A DNA stretch of 64,000 nt from an uncultured Candidatus Saccharibacteria bacterium (GTDB lineage: Bacteria > Patescibacteriota > Saccharimonadia > Saccharimonadales > JAUPVS01). The notes beneath the pieces were generated by a model that saw only the letters and a program-made list of their open reading frames with translations, was not told where the DNA came from and made no database searches. The position numbers were made by a program, and so were the translations under genes. The stretch is taken from the NCBI GenBank assembly GCA_964462215.1, contig CAYWVZ010000001.1, forward strand, positions 26,128 through 90,127, read 5' to 3'. Below are positions 35,588 to 47,800 of the stretch, piece after piece (position 1 is the first letter of the stretch; the number at the start of each line of letters is the position of its first letter).

Positions 35588-35669
35588 GACCAAAGATGAA
35601 GAGAGTTTCGGCCGCCGCCATGACGACGACTAGTTACCCTGGTGCGATTAATGCAGGAGGCGGACTCTA

Positions 35670-36503
35670 ATGTTACCCCTGTTTGCTGACACCGGTATCC
35701 ACATTAGCCTTAAGGCCGAAACCTTATTTACGGTCGGCCCGTTGGCAGTCACTAACTCTATGGTGTACGGGTTGCTGTGTGCAATCATCCTGGCTGCCGG
35801 TATGCTGTATGCGGCCCACCGGGTGGCCCTCAAACCACAAAAGGGGCTGGCCGGCGCTATCGAACTACTGGTCAATTATGTCCTGAAGCTATTGGAAGGG
35901 CTTTTTGGTACACCAGAGCAAGCCGCTAAATTTACGCCCATTTTTGCCGGCTTCTTCCTGTTTATTCTGGTCAGTAACCTGTCGGACCTACTGCCGGTTG
36001 TCGGCCCCAGCATCCATAGCGGCGGCACACCGCTATTCCGCCCCTTTACGGCCGACTTTAACGGCACCATTGCTCTGAGTATAATTGCTATTATTATGGT
36101 GCAGGTACTTAGCATCAGAGAACAGGGGTTCAAAAAACACATGCAGCACTATTTCTCTACTAAGCCGCAGAACCCCATCAACTTTTTTATCGGCTTGCTT
36201 GAGGTTCTCGAAGAGTTTACTCGCGCCCTGAGCTTAAGCCTGCGGTTGTTCCTTAATGTCGCGGTCGGCGAAATCCTGATAACTGTGTTTACTTCTCTCA
36301 TTTTGTCGGCTGGCCGTACGCCGCTGGCAGTTGTACCGATCTTACTGTTTGAAGGTCTTGTGGCATATATCCAGGCTTATGTATTTACCGTCCTGGCTGC
36401 TTCGTACCTGGGTATGGCGATTAGCCATGCTGATGAACCCCACGCCGAGCTTAACCAACCTGTTCCCACCAATAAGGTCGAAGCGGGAGCCGGGCATGGT
36501 TAA
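35670..36503 (+). CDS. atpB: F0F1 ATP synthase subunit a
   Basis: 277 aa polytopic protein. LSLSLRLFLNVAVGE carries the conserved Arg. AGGAGG RBS. Confidence 0.9.
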   Translation: MLPLFADTGIHISLKAETLFTVGPLAVTNSMVYGLLCAIILAAGMLYAAHRVALKPQKGLAGAIELLVNYVLKLLEGLFGTPEQAAKFTPIFAGFFLFILVSNLSDLLPVVGPSIHSGGTPLFRPFTADFNGTIALSIIAIIMVQVLSIREQGFKKHMQHYFSTKPQNPINFFIGLLEVLEEFTRALSLSLRLFLNVAVGEILITVFTSLILSAGRTPLAVVPILLFEGLVAYIQAYVFTVLAASYLGMAISHADEPHAELNQPVPTNKVEAGAGHG

Positions 36504-36568
36504 GATATCGATGGACCATCTCGCCGTTCGCGGTGAGTTACTAAGGTAATAAAGGAAAAGGAGAAAAC

Positions 36569-36808
36569 ATGGTTCCACTATTTGCACAAGAAGTCGTTAA
36601 CAACGGCCCGATTATGGCTAAAGGTATTATGCTGGCTGTAGCGTTTGCTGCTGCCGCACTGGGCCTGGGCCTGGTCGGCGCCAACTACATGAAGGCTTTG
36701 GGCCGCAACCCGGAAGCCGGTAAGGCTGCCAGCCAAATCATCATTATCGCCGCCATGATCGAAGTGACCGCTTTGTTGGCCTTCCTGCTCGGCGCGTTTC
36801 TGCTGTAA
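36569..36808 (+). CDS. atpE: F0F1 ATP synthase subunit c
   Basis: 79 aa hairpin. GLGLVGANYMKALGRNPEA loop and IIAAMIEVTALLAF carrying the carboxylate Glu. Confidence 0.9.
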   Translation: MVPLFAQEVVNNGPIMAKGIMLAVAFAAAALGLGLVGANYMKALGRNPEAGKAASQIIIIAAMIEVTALLAFLLGAFLL

Positions 36809-36877
36809 ACAGCAGACCGCCTAAACAGAACGATCAAGCGAACGAACATGTGAACATAACGAAAGGATACAGCTAAG

Positions 36878-37417
36878 GTGAACGGACTATTGCCAACTAT
36901 ACTTGCCAACGCGGCCGAAGAGTCGCAGGGCATCGCAGCGCTCGGGATTGACCCGTGGGCTATTTTGGCGCAGGCCGTCACCTTTCTGGTCCTGTTCTGG
37001 GTGATTAAGCGGTTCGCGCTCGATAAAATCGTGGCTATGCTCGAAGAGCGCCGCAAAACCATCGACAAAGGCGTCACGCTCGGCCTGGAAATGGAAAAAG
37101 AAAAGTCCGACCTTGACGACAAAGTCGAAGAGTTGCTGCGCAAGGCCCGCACCGAGGGTGATAAAATTATCGCCGAAAGCCAAGCCGAAGCCGGCGCGAT
37201 TATCAAAGAGGCCGATGCGGCCGCCGGCCGCAAGGCCGATGCCCTAATGGCCGAAGCCCACAACCGCATTGAGGATGACATCCAACGGGCTAAACACGAA
37301 CTTAAACAAGAAATGGTGCAATTGGTTGGCCAGGCCACAGAGGCGATTATTCGCGAAAAAGTCGATGCCGGTAAAGACGCCAAGCTAATCGAGCGGGCGC
37401 TCGAGGAGGTTCGCTAA
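36878..37417 (+). CDS. atpF: F0F1 ATP synthase subunit b
   Basis: GTG start. One TM (VTFLVLFWVIKRFAL) followed by a long charged helix; operon position. Confidence 0.85.
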   Translation: MNGLLPTILANAAEESQGIAALGIDPWAILAQAVTFLVLFWVIKRFALDKIVAMLEERRKTIDKGVTLGLEMEKEKSDLDDKVEELLRKARTEGDKIIAESQAEAGAIIKEADAAAGRKADALMAEAHNRIEDDIQRAKHELKQEMVQLVGQATEAIIREKVDAGKDAKLIERALEEVR

Positions 37418-37812
37418 TGGCTGGCCTCAAGCGTACCGAACTGGCCGAAGTGCTGGCTGGCCTGGCCGATGGCGCCAAAGACCACAAAAAATTAGCACGA
37501 GCCATTGCCGGTTATCTGGTCAGCACCCACCAAACCCGCGAACTCGACGCCATTTTGCGTAATGTTATGGCCGTTCGCGAAAAAGACGGCGTTGTCGAAG
37601 CCACCGTTACTTCAGCTTTCCCACTGAGCCCTGCTCTGCAAAAAGAGATTGCCACAGTCTTGCGGCAAGCCTACCCCGCTGCTGCCCGGATTATCGTCAA
37701 CCAAGATGTTAACCCCGGGGTTTTAAGCGGTATCAAGGTGCAGACTATCGATAAACAGCTTGATGAGACAGCTCGAGGTAAATTACAGCAATTAACACGG
37801 GCCGTGGCCTGA
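37417..37812 (+). CDS. atpH: F0F1 ATP synthase subunit delta (short, 131 aa)
   Basis: Operon position. C-terminal [28 protein letters not shown] matches OSCP/delta C-termini. The N-terminal part is shorter than usual. Confidence 0.7.
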   Translation: MAGLKRTELAEVLAGLADGAKDHKKLARAIAGYLVSTHQTRELDAILRNVMAVREKDGVVEATVTSAFPLSPALQKEIATVLRQAYPAAARIIVNQDVNPGVLSGIKVQTIDKQLDETARGKLQQLTRAVA

Positions 37813-37826
37813 AAGGAAGACGTTAT

Positions 37827-39377
37827 ATGTCTGATGTATCCATCAAAGAACTTGGCGCCGACATTCGGGCGGCCATTAATGACCTAAAGCGCAGCGGCGA
37901 TTTCGAAACCGTTGGTGTGGTGACTCGCGTGGGCGACGGTATCGCCTGGATTTACGGCCTCAACACCTGCGGCTTTAACGAAATGCTCGAAATCGAAACT
38001 ACCGGCGGCGGTGCCGTGACGGCATTTGCCCTCAACCTAATGGAAGACGAAATCGGTGCAGTGCTTTTGGGTGATGACGTCAAGGTCAAAGCCGGCGCCA
38101 AAGCCCGTTTGACCGGCAAGGTGCTGGAAGTCCCGGTCGGCCCGGAGCTGGTCGGCCGCGTGGTTGACCCGCTGGGGCGTCCGTTGGACGACAAAGGCCC
38201 TATCAAAACCCGAAGCCACGGCCTGGTAGAGCGACCAGCTCCGGGCGTACTGGACCGCAAAAGCGTACATGAACCGCTGATGACCGGTCTTTTGGCCATC
38301 GACGCTATGGTGCCCATCGGCCGCGGCCAGCGCGAGCTGATTATCGGCGACCGCCAAACCGGTAAAACCGCCGTGGCTATCGACACTATGATTAACCAGC
38401 ATCGCCAAGGCACCGGCGTCATTAACATCTATGTGGCCGTCGGCCAGAAGCTTAGTAAGGTCGCCCGCATGATTGAGCGCTTAAAACGCGAAGGTGTGAT
38501 GAATCAAACCATTGTTATTGCCACCAGCGCCTCCGACCCAGCTAGCCTGCAATATCTGGCACCCTATGCCGGTACGGCCATGGGCGAATACTTCCGCGAC
38601 AATGGCCAACATGCGCTCATCATCTATGATGACCTAACCAAGCATGCTGCCGCTTATCGTCAGATGTCACTATTGCTACGCCGCCCGCCGGGCCGCGAAG
38701 CCTACCCTGGCGATGTCTTCTACCTGCACTCTCGTTTGCTGGAACGCTCTGCCAAGATGAGTGACGCCCGCGGCGGCGGCTCACTAACTGCTCTGCCTAT
38801 CATCGAAACCCAGGCTGGTGACATCAGTGCCTACATCCCGACCAACGTGATTTCGATCACTGACGGCCAAATCTTTATGGAAACCAGCTTGTTCTACCAA
38901 GGTATCCGCCCGGCTATTTCGGTCGGTCTGTCGGTGTCGCGTGTCGGTGGCGCCGCCCAAACCAAGGCCGTTAAGAGTGTAGCCGGCAACCTGCGCCTTT
39001 CCCTGGCCCAGTTCCGCGAACTGGCTGCTTTCGCCCAGTTCAGTACCGACCTGGACGCCGAAACCAAACAACGCATCGAGCGCGGCCAACGTTTGACCGA
39101 GCTTCTGAAGCAACCACAGTACAGTCCTTTGAGCGTCTGGGAGCAAACTGCTTCCCTGCTAGCCGCCAACGAAGGCGCCCTCGACCATATACCAGTGGAA
39201 CAGATCAAGCCGGCTCAAAAAGCTCTGCTTGACCGCCTGCACCGCGACCACCGCAAAGCCATGGACACCCTGAGCAAAGGCGACAAACCAACCGACGAAG
39301 CCAAAGACGCCATTCTCAAGACCGCCCGCGACGTCGCCAAGAGCTACCAAACTGAAGTAAAGGAAGCGAAAGAGTAG
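37827..39377 (+). CDS. atpA: F0F1 ATP synthase subunit alpha
   Basis: 516 aa. [14 protein letters not shown] (P-loop), [31 protein letters not shown]. Confidence 0.95.
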   Translation: MSDVSIKELGADIRAAINDLKRSGDFETVGVVTRVGDGIAWIYGLNTCGFNEMLEIETTGGGAVTAFALNLMEDEIGAVLLGDDVKVKAGAKARLTGKVLEVPVGPELVGRVVDPLGRPLDDKGPIKTRSHGLVERPAPGVLDRKSVHEPLMTGLLAIDAMVPIGRGQRELIIGDRQTGKTAVAIDTMINQHRQGTGVINIYVAVGQKLSKVARMIERLKREGVMNQTIVIATSASDPASLQYLAPYAGTAMGEYFRDNGQHALIIYDDLTKHAAAYRQMSLLLRRPPGREAYPGDVFYLHSRLLERSAKMSDARGGGSLTALPIIETQAGDISAYIPTNVISITDGQIFMETSLFYQGIRPAISVGLSVSRVGGAAQTKAVKSVAGNLRLSLAQFRELAAFAQFSTDLDAETKQRIERGQRLTELLKQPQYSPLSVWEQTASLLAANEGALDHIPVEQIKPAQKALLDRLHRDHRKAMDTLSKGDKPTDEAKDAILKTARDVAKSYQTEVKEAKE

Positions 39378-39380
39378 GCA

Positions 39381-40243
39381 ATGGCTAGTACGCAGCAGCT
39401 CAAGCGCCGCATGGGTTCGATCAAGAACACCAAGCAAATCACCAAAGCTATGGAGCTGGTGTCGGCTAGTAAGATGCGCCGCGCCCAAGACAGTGCGGTG
39501 CGTTCGCGCGACTATAGCCGTGTGGCTCGCGAAATCCTAACTCGCCTGCGCCAGTTGACCGACGTCAATAAACATCCGTTATTCAAGCAACGTACTGTCA
39601 AAATCCGCCTGCACGTTGTGATTACCAGCGACCGCGGATTAGCCGGAGCTTACAACAGTAACGTCCTGCGCCAGTTCACCCGCGAGCTGCAAGCCGACAA
39701 AGACGTCGGCACTACCAGCCAAGCGGTAGTTATCGGTAAGAAGGCTGCCCATTTCGTCGGCCGTATCGAAAACTGCCAAGCGGTTGCCGTTTACGAAAAT
39801 TTTCCGGAACACCCCACCGCCAACGACATTCGTCCGCTGCTCAACACGCTGATCGAAAAATTTACGAACGGCGCGGTTGATGCCATAGACGTTATCTACA
39901 CCGATTATAAATCGAGCATCAGCCAAGAAGTCACCGTGCAGCGTCTGTTGCCGGCGGCCTTTACCAAGGTTAAGGTTCGCCCCGACCTGGAAGCGGCCAT
40001 TTTTGAGCCATCCGTTCAGGCGGTGCTCGACAATGTGACCCTCAGGCTGATCGAATCCCAGCTCAGCCAGGCTCTGCTGGAAAGTTTCGCCAGCGAACAC
40101 TCTATGCGCATGATGGCCATGAAGAGCGCCACCGACAATGCCACCGACCTGATTGATGACCTCACCCTCGCCTTCAACACCGCCCGTCAAGCGGGTATTA
40201 CCCAAGAAATCGCCGAAATCACCGGCGGCGCGGAGGCCATCGC

Positions 40244-40247
<4 letters not shown>
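39381..40247 (+). CDS. atpG: F0F1 ATP synthase subunit gamma
   Basis: 288 aa. IKNTKQITKAMELVSASKMRRAQ N-terminus; NTARQAGITQEIAEITGGAEA C-terminus. Confidence 0.95.
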
Positions 40248-41895
<1,648 letters not shown>

Positions 41896-41896
41896 G

Positions 41897-42115
41897 ATGG
41901 ACAGTACCGAAAGACAGAGTACCTATACGCCGGAACCGGATAATCAGAATGACACGCTTTCGGCCGAAGACTTAGCGGCTCTCGAAGCCGAAAGGGATAC
42001 GTTTGGCTTCGGCAAGAGTCTGTTCGACCCAACGACTGGAGAGTTCAAAGGCTACCCGGCCGGCTCTACGGTGATTGATGACCAGTTTGATGACATAGGA
42101 GAACCCCGACATTGA
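41897..42115 (+). CDS. 72-aa acidic ORF inserted between atpD and atpC (unknown)
   Basis: ATG 41897 lies 9 nt after AAGGAGG embedded in the atpD end. Its TGA overlaps the atpC ATG (TGATG). Asp/Glu-rich, no TM. Confidence 0.5.
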   Translation: MDSTERQSTYTPEPDNQNDTLSAEDLAALEAERDTFGFGKSLFDPTTGEFKGYPAGSTVIDDQFDDIGEPRH

Positions 42116-42540
42116 TGCAGTTTGAGCTGATTACTCTTGACGGCGTAAAGTTTTCGGAGCCGGTGCACGAAGTGCAGTTGCCGACCCCGGGCGGAATTAT
42201 TGGCGTATTCCCGCACCACAGTCCGTTAGTTAGCGTGGCTAGCACCGGCATTGTTACCGTGCGCCGCAAAGCTAGCGACCCCGACAGTTTGCTGGAGCAT
42301 TTTGCTATTAACGGCGGCGCTATTGAAATCGCCGAAGGCAAAGTCCGCGTGCTGGTAGACGAAGCCGACCACAGCGAAGAAATTAATGAACAAGAGGCAC
42401 AAAAAGCCTACGAGCGCGCTCAGCAGCTTAAGCGCGAAGCTACCGACCAAGTCTCCTTAGATAAGGCTCAGGACTTGATCGACCGTCAAGCCACCCGTCT
42501 CAAGCTGGCCGAGCTCAAGCGCCACAAACGCCGCCGCTAG
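42115..42540 (+). CDS. atpC: F0F1 ATP synthase subunit epsilon
   Basis: MQFELITLDG..., beta-sandwich plus C-terminal helical hairpin (EAQKAYERAQQLKRE). Confidence 0.85.
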   Translation: MQFELITLDGVKFSEPVHEVQLPTPGGIIGVFPHHSPLVSVASTGIVTVRRKASDPDSLLEHFAINGGAIEIAEGKVRVLVDEADHSEEINEQEAQKAYERAQQLKREATDQVSLDKAQDLIDRQATRLKLAELKRHKRRR

Positions 42541-42576
42541 CTACAATACGGCTTTAGGTAAATGGGTATTGCTGTG

Positions 42577-43083
42577 TTAATCGGCAGACGTGCCGCGCTG
42601 CTTGTGGCGGCCGGTCAACAAAGAGAACAGCCCCAAGACAGCTACATTTCTGGCAATACCGGTTTTGGAAGCGTGTTCGGTAGTCTTTCCCTGCCGGAAG
42701 AGTTGTTTTAAACGAGACTCCGGTTCGGCCGCTTGCGGCCGGTTTTCATCGGTTGCACTCGGAGCCGCGTACAAAGCTTGCAGCGCCTCGGTTGTCCGAG
42801 CTTCGGTCAATAAGGCATACACCTCAAGCATGGCTTTGGTGAATTCGCCTCTTTTTTCGGCGTCGGCCGGATCAGGATACCGCTGAAAGCTCCTGACAGA
42901 TATAAAATGCCGAACCTCCGGATACTCATCTGCCAGTTTATCCCAATGGTCTTGTCTGATTTGATCGCTCTCGGCCTTGTCATTGAGCGCTTGCAACAGC
43001 GAGTCGACCACTTCTTCCGGCACATCACGGGAAAGCAGTTCACCAAGCGGGGATACAGGCTGCTTTTCTATAGGGTTCTCCAT
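42577..43083 (-). CDS. hypothetical protein
   Basis: 168 aa from ATG 43083 (MENPIEKQPV...). The upstream extension in the track is AT-rich and looks non-coding. Confidence 0.4.
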   Translation of the reverse strand: MENPIEKQPVSPLGELLSRDVPEEVVDSLLQALNDKAESDQIRQDHWDKLADEYPEVRHFISVRSFQRYPDPADAEKRGEFTKAMLEVYALLTEARTTEALQALYAAPSATDENRPQAAEPESRLKQLFRQGKTTEHASKTGIARNVAVLGLFSLLTGRHKQRGTSAD

Positions 43084-43209
43084 ACGTATAGTATGGGGCA
43101 CTATATGCGTATGGTATGTGATATTTATCACAGTATATATGGGGTCTTGAAATTTTTTACCAGGGGTGTATGATGAGTGCTGGTTTTTCAAAATAACTAA
43201 AGAGGAAAC

Positions 43210-44100
43210 ATGGATTACGCAATGCCAGGAATGGAGCAAGACACTATGTCAGTAATGGTTACGGTGGCCGAACAGCCGCTGAAGGCCCTTGGGGGCGAAG
43301 TTTTAGTAACACAAGAAGCGCTTGAAGAACAAGGGCGCCACGCTCGCGACAGCCTGAAACCGGTTAAAGACTCGGCCTATGGCACATGTGTTGAAGACCG
43401 CCGGCGCGCTGGCGTGCTCTCTGGCGAGAGCGCGGTCGAACCGCGTTATTCGGCAGCCGGCGGGCCCAACATATATGGACTATATGTTGCCGAACTCACC
43501 GGCTACTTCGGCGACAGCCAAGCTGACGGCGAGGAACGATTACGGCAAGTAACACGCAGCATTAACGCTAAAGGCATTCCCTCCGGCGGCCACAAACGGT
43601 GTGCTGCCAACGGAGGTATTAGCGCGGTGGTAGGTTTGATCGCTGGCGACCAGCGCGAGGCCGTTCAGGCCGGTGCGCAACGCCGGCTTGGTGACGAGTA
43701 TGATCAGGCTGCTATGGATGAGGTGCTGGCTAATGCTGGAGCGGTGGTCGCCAGCGGCCGCTATGATGACTGGGACGAATCAGTTCTCGAGCGAGTGTTG
43801 GGTGACGAAGCCGGCGAAGCGCTCGAAGTGCTGGAACCAGGCGACCACAACGCTAGCTCATATATCCGTAACGAAGTTGCCGGCAAGACCGTTGATCGAA
43901 ATACCTTGCATGAGCGTGCCGGCAAAGGCAGCTATGTTCAAGATGAAGCCTATGTCGGTAAGATCGAAAACGCTTTGGCAGATGGTCCGCAGGCTGCCTG
44001 GAAGCAAAAAGTTGCCCGCCACGCCCGTGAAGCCCTGGTTACTGCCCTGGTGGCCGCCCTGCCCGACCCGGAAATTCATCAGATTGACCTGCATCAATAA
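43210..44100 (+). CDS. hypothetical protein
   Basis: 296 aa. RBS AGAGGA. Codon usage is like its neighbours. No motif recognised. Confidence 0.5.
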   Translation: MDYAMPGMEQDTMSVMVTVAEQPLKALGGEVLVTQEALEEQGRHARDSLKPVKDSAYGTCVEDRRRAGVLSGESAVEPRYSAAGGPNIYGLYVAELTGYFGDSQADGEERLRQVTRSINAKGIPSGGHKRCAANGGISAVVGLIAGDQREAVQAGAQRRLGDEYDQAAMDEVLANAGAVVASGRYDDWDESVLERVLGDEAGEALEVLEPGDHNASSYIRNEVAGKTVDRNTLHERAGKGSYVQDEAYVGKIENALADGPQAAWKQKVARHAREALVTALVAALPDPEIHQIDLHQ

Positions 44101-44139
44101 ATCCGCTAGACTGTGGTCATAATAAATTGGAGGGTTCTT

Positions 44140-44853
44140 ATGGTTGGCAGACGACACATTGCCATGGTATTAGCCGAATTCTTCGGGGCTATTGCCCTGA
44201 CGACGGCACTTTTAGCAATCGGTAAATCGGGGGTCGGTTATTCCTACTTCCTGGCTGGCGGCGTTGGTTTAGCAGCTGCAGCTATGGCTTTGGCCGTTGG
44301 CGGCCTCTCAGGCGCCAACTTCAATCCGGCGGTTAGCTTGGGTTTGTGGGTGACCCGAAAAATCTCTACGCTTAGGGGTATTGCTTTCATTGTTGCTCAA
44401 CTGCTTGGTGGTTTTGCGGCCTGGAAGATGTACGAATACCTGGTAGGCCAACCGCTTTCCAGCACGGCCGGCCAAACGTTTGAATGGCCGGTACTGTGGG
44501 CCGAAGCGCTCGGCGGTTTCGTGATCGTCTTTATTGTTTGCGCAGCAGTTTACCTGGGCTACAGAGGCATAAAGTTCGCAGCCACTGTCGGCGGCGCCGT
44601 TTTCTTGGGCGCCCTGCTGGCATCGCTCGGCTCTAACGGTATTGGTAACCCGGCGGTTGCCTTGGGTGTCCAGTCGTGGAGCAAGGCGTACGTGCTCGGC
44701 CCGCTGCTTGGTGGTGTGCTCGGCGCCTTACTGTACGCTCTGATCTTCGCACCAAAAAGTACCCTCGGTCCGGTAGCTGTTCCTCGATTCGCTAAGGCCA
44801 AGACCGCACCGGCCGCCGCCAAAAGCAAGTCCACGAGTAGTAAGAAGAAATAG
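44140..44853 (+). CDS. MIP-family channel (aquaporin/glycerol facilitator)
   Basis: ATG 44140 follows GGAGGG. Two NPA boxes (GANFNPAVSLG and GIGNPAVALG). Lys-rich C-tail. Confidence 0.85.
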   Translation: MVGRRHIAMVLAEFFGAIALTTALLAIGKSGVGYSYFLAGGVGLAAAAMALAVGGLSGANFNPAVSLGLWVTRKISTLRGIAFIVAQLLGGFAAWKMYEYLVGQPLSSTAGQTFEWPVLWAEALGGFVIVFIVCAAVYLGYRGIKFAATVGGAVFLGALLASLGSNGIGNPAVALGVQSWSKAYVLGPLLGGVLGALLYALIFAPKSTLGPVAVPRFAKAKTAPAAAKSKSTSSKKK

Positions 44854-44863
44854 TCCCTAGACT

Positions 44864-47800
44864 TTAGACTTTTCCGTCTAACAGATCTTGCTCGAATTGC
44901 TTGACTCCTTTGAGGTCGAGGCTGTAAGCACTGGTATCCGGAAAATCCAAGTCCATAACGTGCTGCCAGACGGCGGCGACCAGTTGCTCCAAGCGGCTCA
45001 ACTCTTCAATGCTGGCTTTGTATTCAAGTTCCAGCAGGTTACCGTCTTCGTCGGGTTCGACAAACTGCAACAGGGTGTGGTCAACCTGCCGGTGGTTAAA
45101 GTGGGCCGAACCGTTTACCAAAAAGTGATAGAAGCCAAGCTGTTGCTGATACAGGTGGGCGCGAACCTGGGCATAGGCGCCCTTGGGCCGCCAATTGGCT
45201 AGCGGCGCACCGGTTTTGTAGTCTAAAATGGCCAACCGGTTGTCGCCGAGCTGCCGGATCACATCGATTTTACCGGTTAACCGTGCCGGTCCCAGCACTA
45301 CACCTTCCCTGGCAAAAGAGTATTCACTTTTGTCGTCTGTCCGCAGGCTGCCGCTGCAGTCTGTATAAAATCGGGCCAAAGTTTCACGGCCACGCTGTAT
45401 CAATCGTTCTTTATCGGCGGCCGGCAGATTCGACAACCGTAAATCATTGGCCAACAATTTTTGTAGCGTGGCTAGTTTGGGTAGCGTACCGCTGCGGCTG
45501 TAATGGTTGTGCAGGTAATGCAGGGTTTGGTGGATAGCCGAACCGTAGACTGAACTGGGAGTTGCCGCCTCCGGGAAATGTAGGATATGCCGGAAGAAGA
45601 AATGTTTGGGCCCGCCCTTGGTTAGGTCGACAAAACTGTTCAGGTGGGTGGCGCTCAACTTGTAGGTTTCCAGATACGGCTTGAGGCTGTCGTGCAGGCT
45701 GCCGTGTTGCCGCGGCGTCATGCTCCACTGCAGCTCCTGGGTGCGGACGAGTTCCACAGTGGCCGGCAACGGCGCCAAAGCCGGCTCACCCACATCCATA
45801 CTTTCGCTAACAAACCAGCTGATCGGTTCAGCCTTCTTGCCATTGAGGTTTTGCTGAAAACTCGTTAAGTACAGGTTGTTCCTGGCTCGGGTCATAGCTA
45901 CATAGAGCAGACGCAAATGGTCGTCGTGCGAGTCGCGCGCCGGTTTAATCCAGGCCAGGTTGCTGGGTAGGCCAAAGCTGTAGGTATTGCCGCGGGTGCG
46001 GGTGCCCCAGATATTGTCGTGTGCTCCTAATATAAACACCGTATCCCACTCCAGCCCCTTAGCTTTGTAGGCCGTCATAAGCTCTACAGCATCGGCGGTG
46101 ACGGTGTGTGGATTAGTGTCGAGTAGTGTCAATTTACTTTGCTCGTACAGGCTGACGAATTCGGTTACGTCAGCCAGGCCCAGGGTTTTGTCCGGCCGGT
46201 ATTCGCGCAGACGTTGGCGCAGGCTGGTCAGCTGCCCCAGCAGCGTGAAGTATTCTTGCGGTGTTTGCTGCAGCTGCGTCTCGCCGAAGTAATTCTGACG
46301 GTATGGAATATGCCACGTCTCGTTACCAGGCAGGGTTATCGGCTGGTTGCCCAGCAGCAAGTCAAGCATGTGTTCCATGGGAGTATGGGCTGCCGCGCGA
46401 GCCAATACCGGTACGGCCTGGGCGAATCGCTGTAACTGCTTGTTTTGGTGTTTGAGCATGATCTCCAGCCACAAACGTTTAGTGCGGTAGGCTTCGACCG
46501 ATACTGTCCACATAACCAGCGGGTCAAGCTGCCAGTAATCGGCCGCTAACACTAGCGGCATCAGGCTATCTACCTTGGCCCAGTCGCCGCTGCCGGCTGC
46601 TTGCACCAGCCGTGCCAAGTCCAGCAGTTCAATGATGCGCGGCTGGCTCAGGATATGCTCACGACGTTCGTACGTTACCGGCAGTTTACGGTCCAGCAGG
46701 TACGGCACCAGCGCCTGCAAGTAGCTGTGCTTGGGCGCCAGTACGGCAATCGAGCCGGGTGTCGCCCCGTCCTTGATCAGCCGGCTGATCTCGTCGGCCA
46801 CATAGGCGTACTGGTCGAGTTCGGAAACGGTCTGGGTATAGGTTAGGCGGGCTTGATCTTTGGCTGGATCGGAACGTTCCGCTACAAGTTGCTTGCTAAG
46901 TTCGGGTACGTGGTTCTCCAGGCGGTCTTGACCCTGGACGATCAGATTCCGGTTCAAGTCGAGTAACCGTTTGCCGGAGCGATAGTTGGCGGTTAGGACG
47001 ACCTGCGTCACGTCGCGCCAGCGGTTTAAGAAGTCGAGCATAATCGACATGTGCGCCCCCTGGAAGCGGTAAATCGCCTGGTCGTCATCACCGACTGCCA
47101 ACAAGTTAGGGCGGCCTTCGTTAACGGGGCTGTCGGCTAATAGTTCGAGCAGCCGGTTTTGCGAGCCGTTGGTGTCCTGGTATTCGTCGACCATGATGTA
47201 CTGGTACTGTTCTTGCAGGGTGAGTCGCAGCTCTTCGTGCTGCTCTAAAGCGCGGCTGGTTCGCAGGATCATATCGTCAAAGGTGTACCAGCCGCGATTT
47301 TGCAAAGCTGCCTGGTAGCGCTCATAGACAGTAGACAAAGCTTGGAGGAACGTGGTGCGCCGCCGGTCGGCCGGTATCCAGACTTTGAGGCGGTTTTGGA
47401 CCAGCCACTTGTTGCGCCACTCGGTAATCGGCTTGGCGTGCCGACCGGCGGCGTCGGTCGCCGCTATGGCGGCCGACAGCTCCTCGACACACAAATCCTG
47501 CAAGGAGCTGTCGGCCTGGCTTGAGCGGAACTGCCGCAAGGCCTGCAGCAGCCGTTCGTATTCCGGCAGTCGTTTAGGGCTGGTCCGCTCGGCGAAAACT
47601 GGTTTTACCAGTGGCTCAGCGAAGTCAATAAAGGCCTTGTTGGCTTTAACTACGCTCCGCAGGTCGGCCGGTTCGATACCGGCTTGTTTCAGCCAGCTAA
47701 TGGCTTGTCGCGCCGAACCCAGGTGCAGATAATCGTCACCTAGCTTTAACGATAGCGGATTGCTGTGCGGCAACTCGGCGAATATACCGGCCAATAGTTC

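Noticed and set aside
35586-35633. 15-aa ORF (MTKDEESFGRRHDDD) between the putative atp promoter and atpB, as a possible AtpI substitute or leader peptide.
   Set aside because: It is too short, has no RBS and no hydrophobic segment (AtpI is a membrane protein). It cannot be supported from sequence alone.
36685-37383. 232-aa minus-strand ORF antisense to atpE/atpF. Similar long antisense ORFs occur at 37952-38428, 38037-38408, 38784-39208, 39639-40205 and 40459-41043, inside atpA, atpG and atpD.
   Set aside because: These are shadow ORFs typical of GC-rich coding regions. Their translations are low-complexity Ala/Ser/Arg/Pro strings, and they fully overlap genes with unmistakable ATP-synthase motifs.
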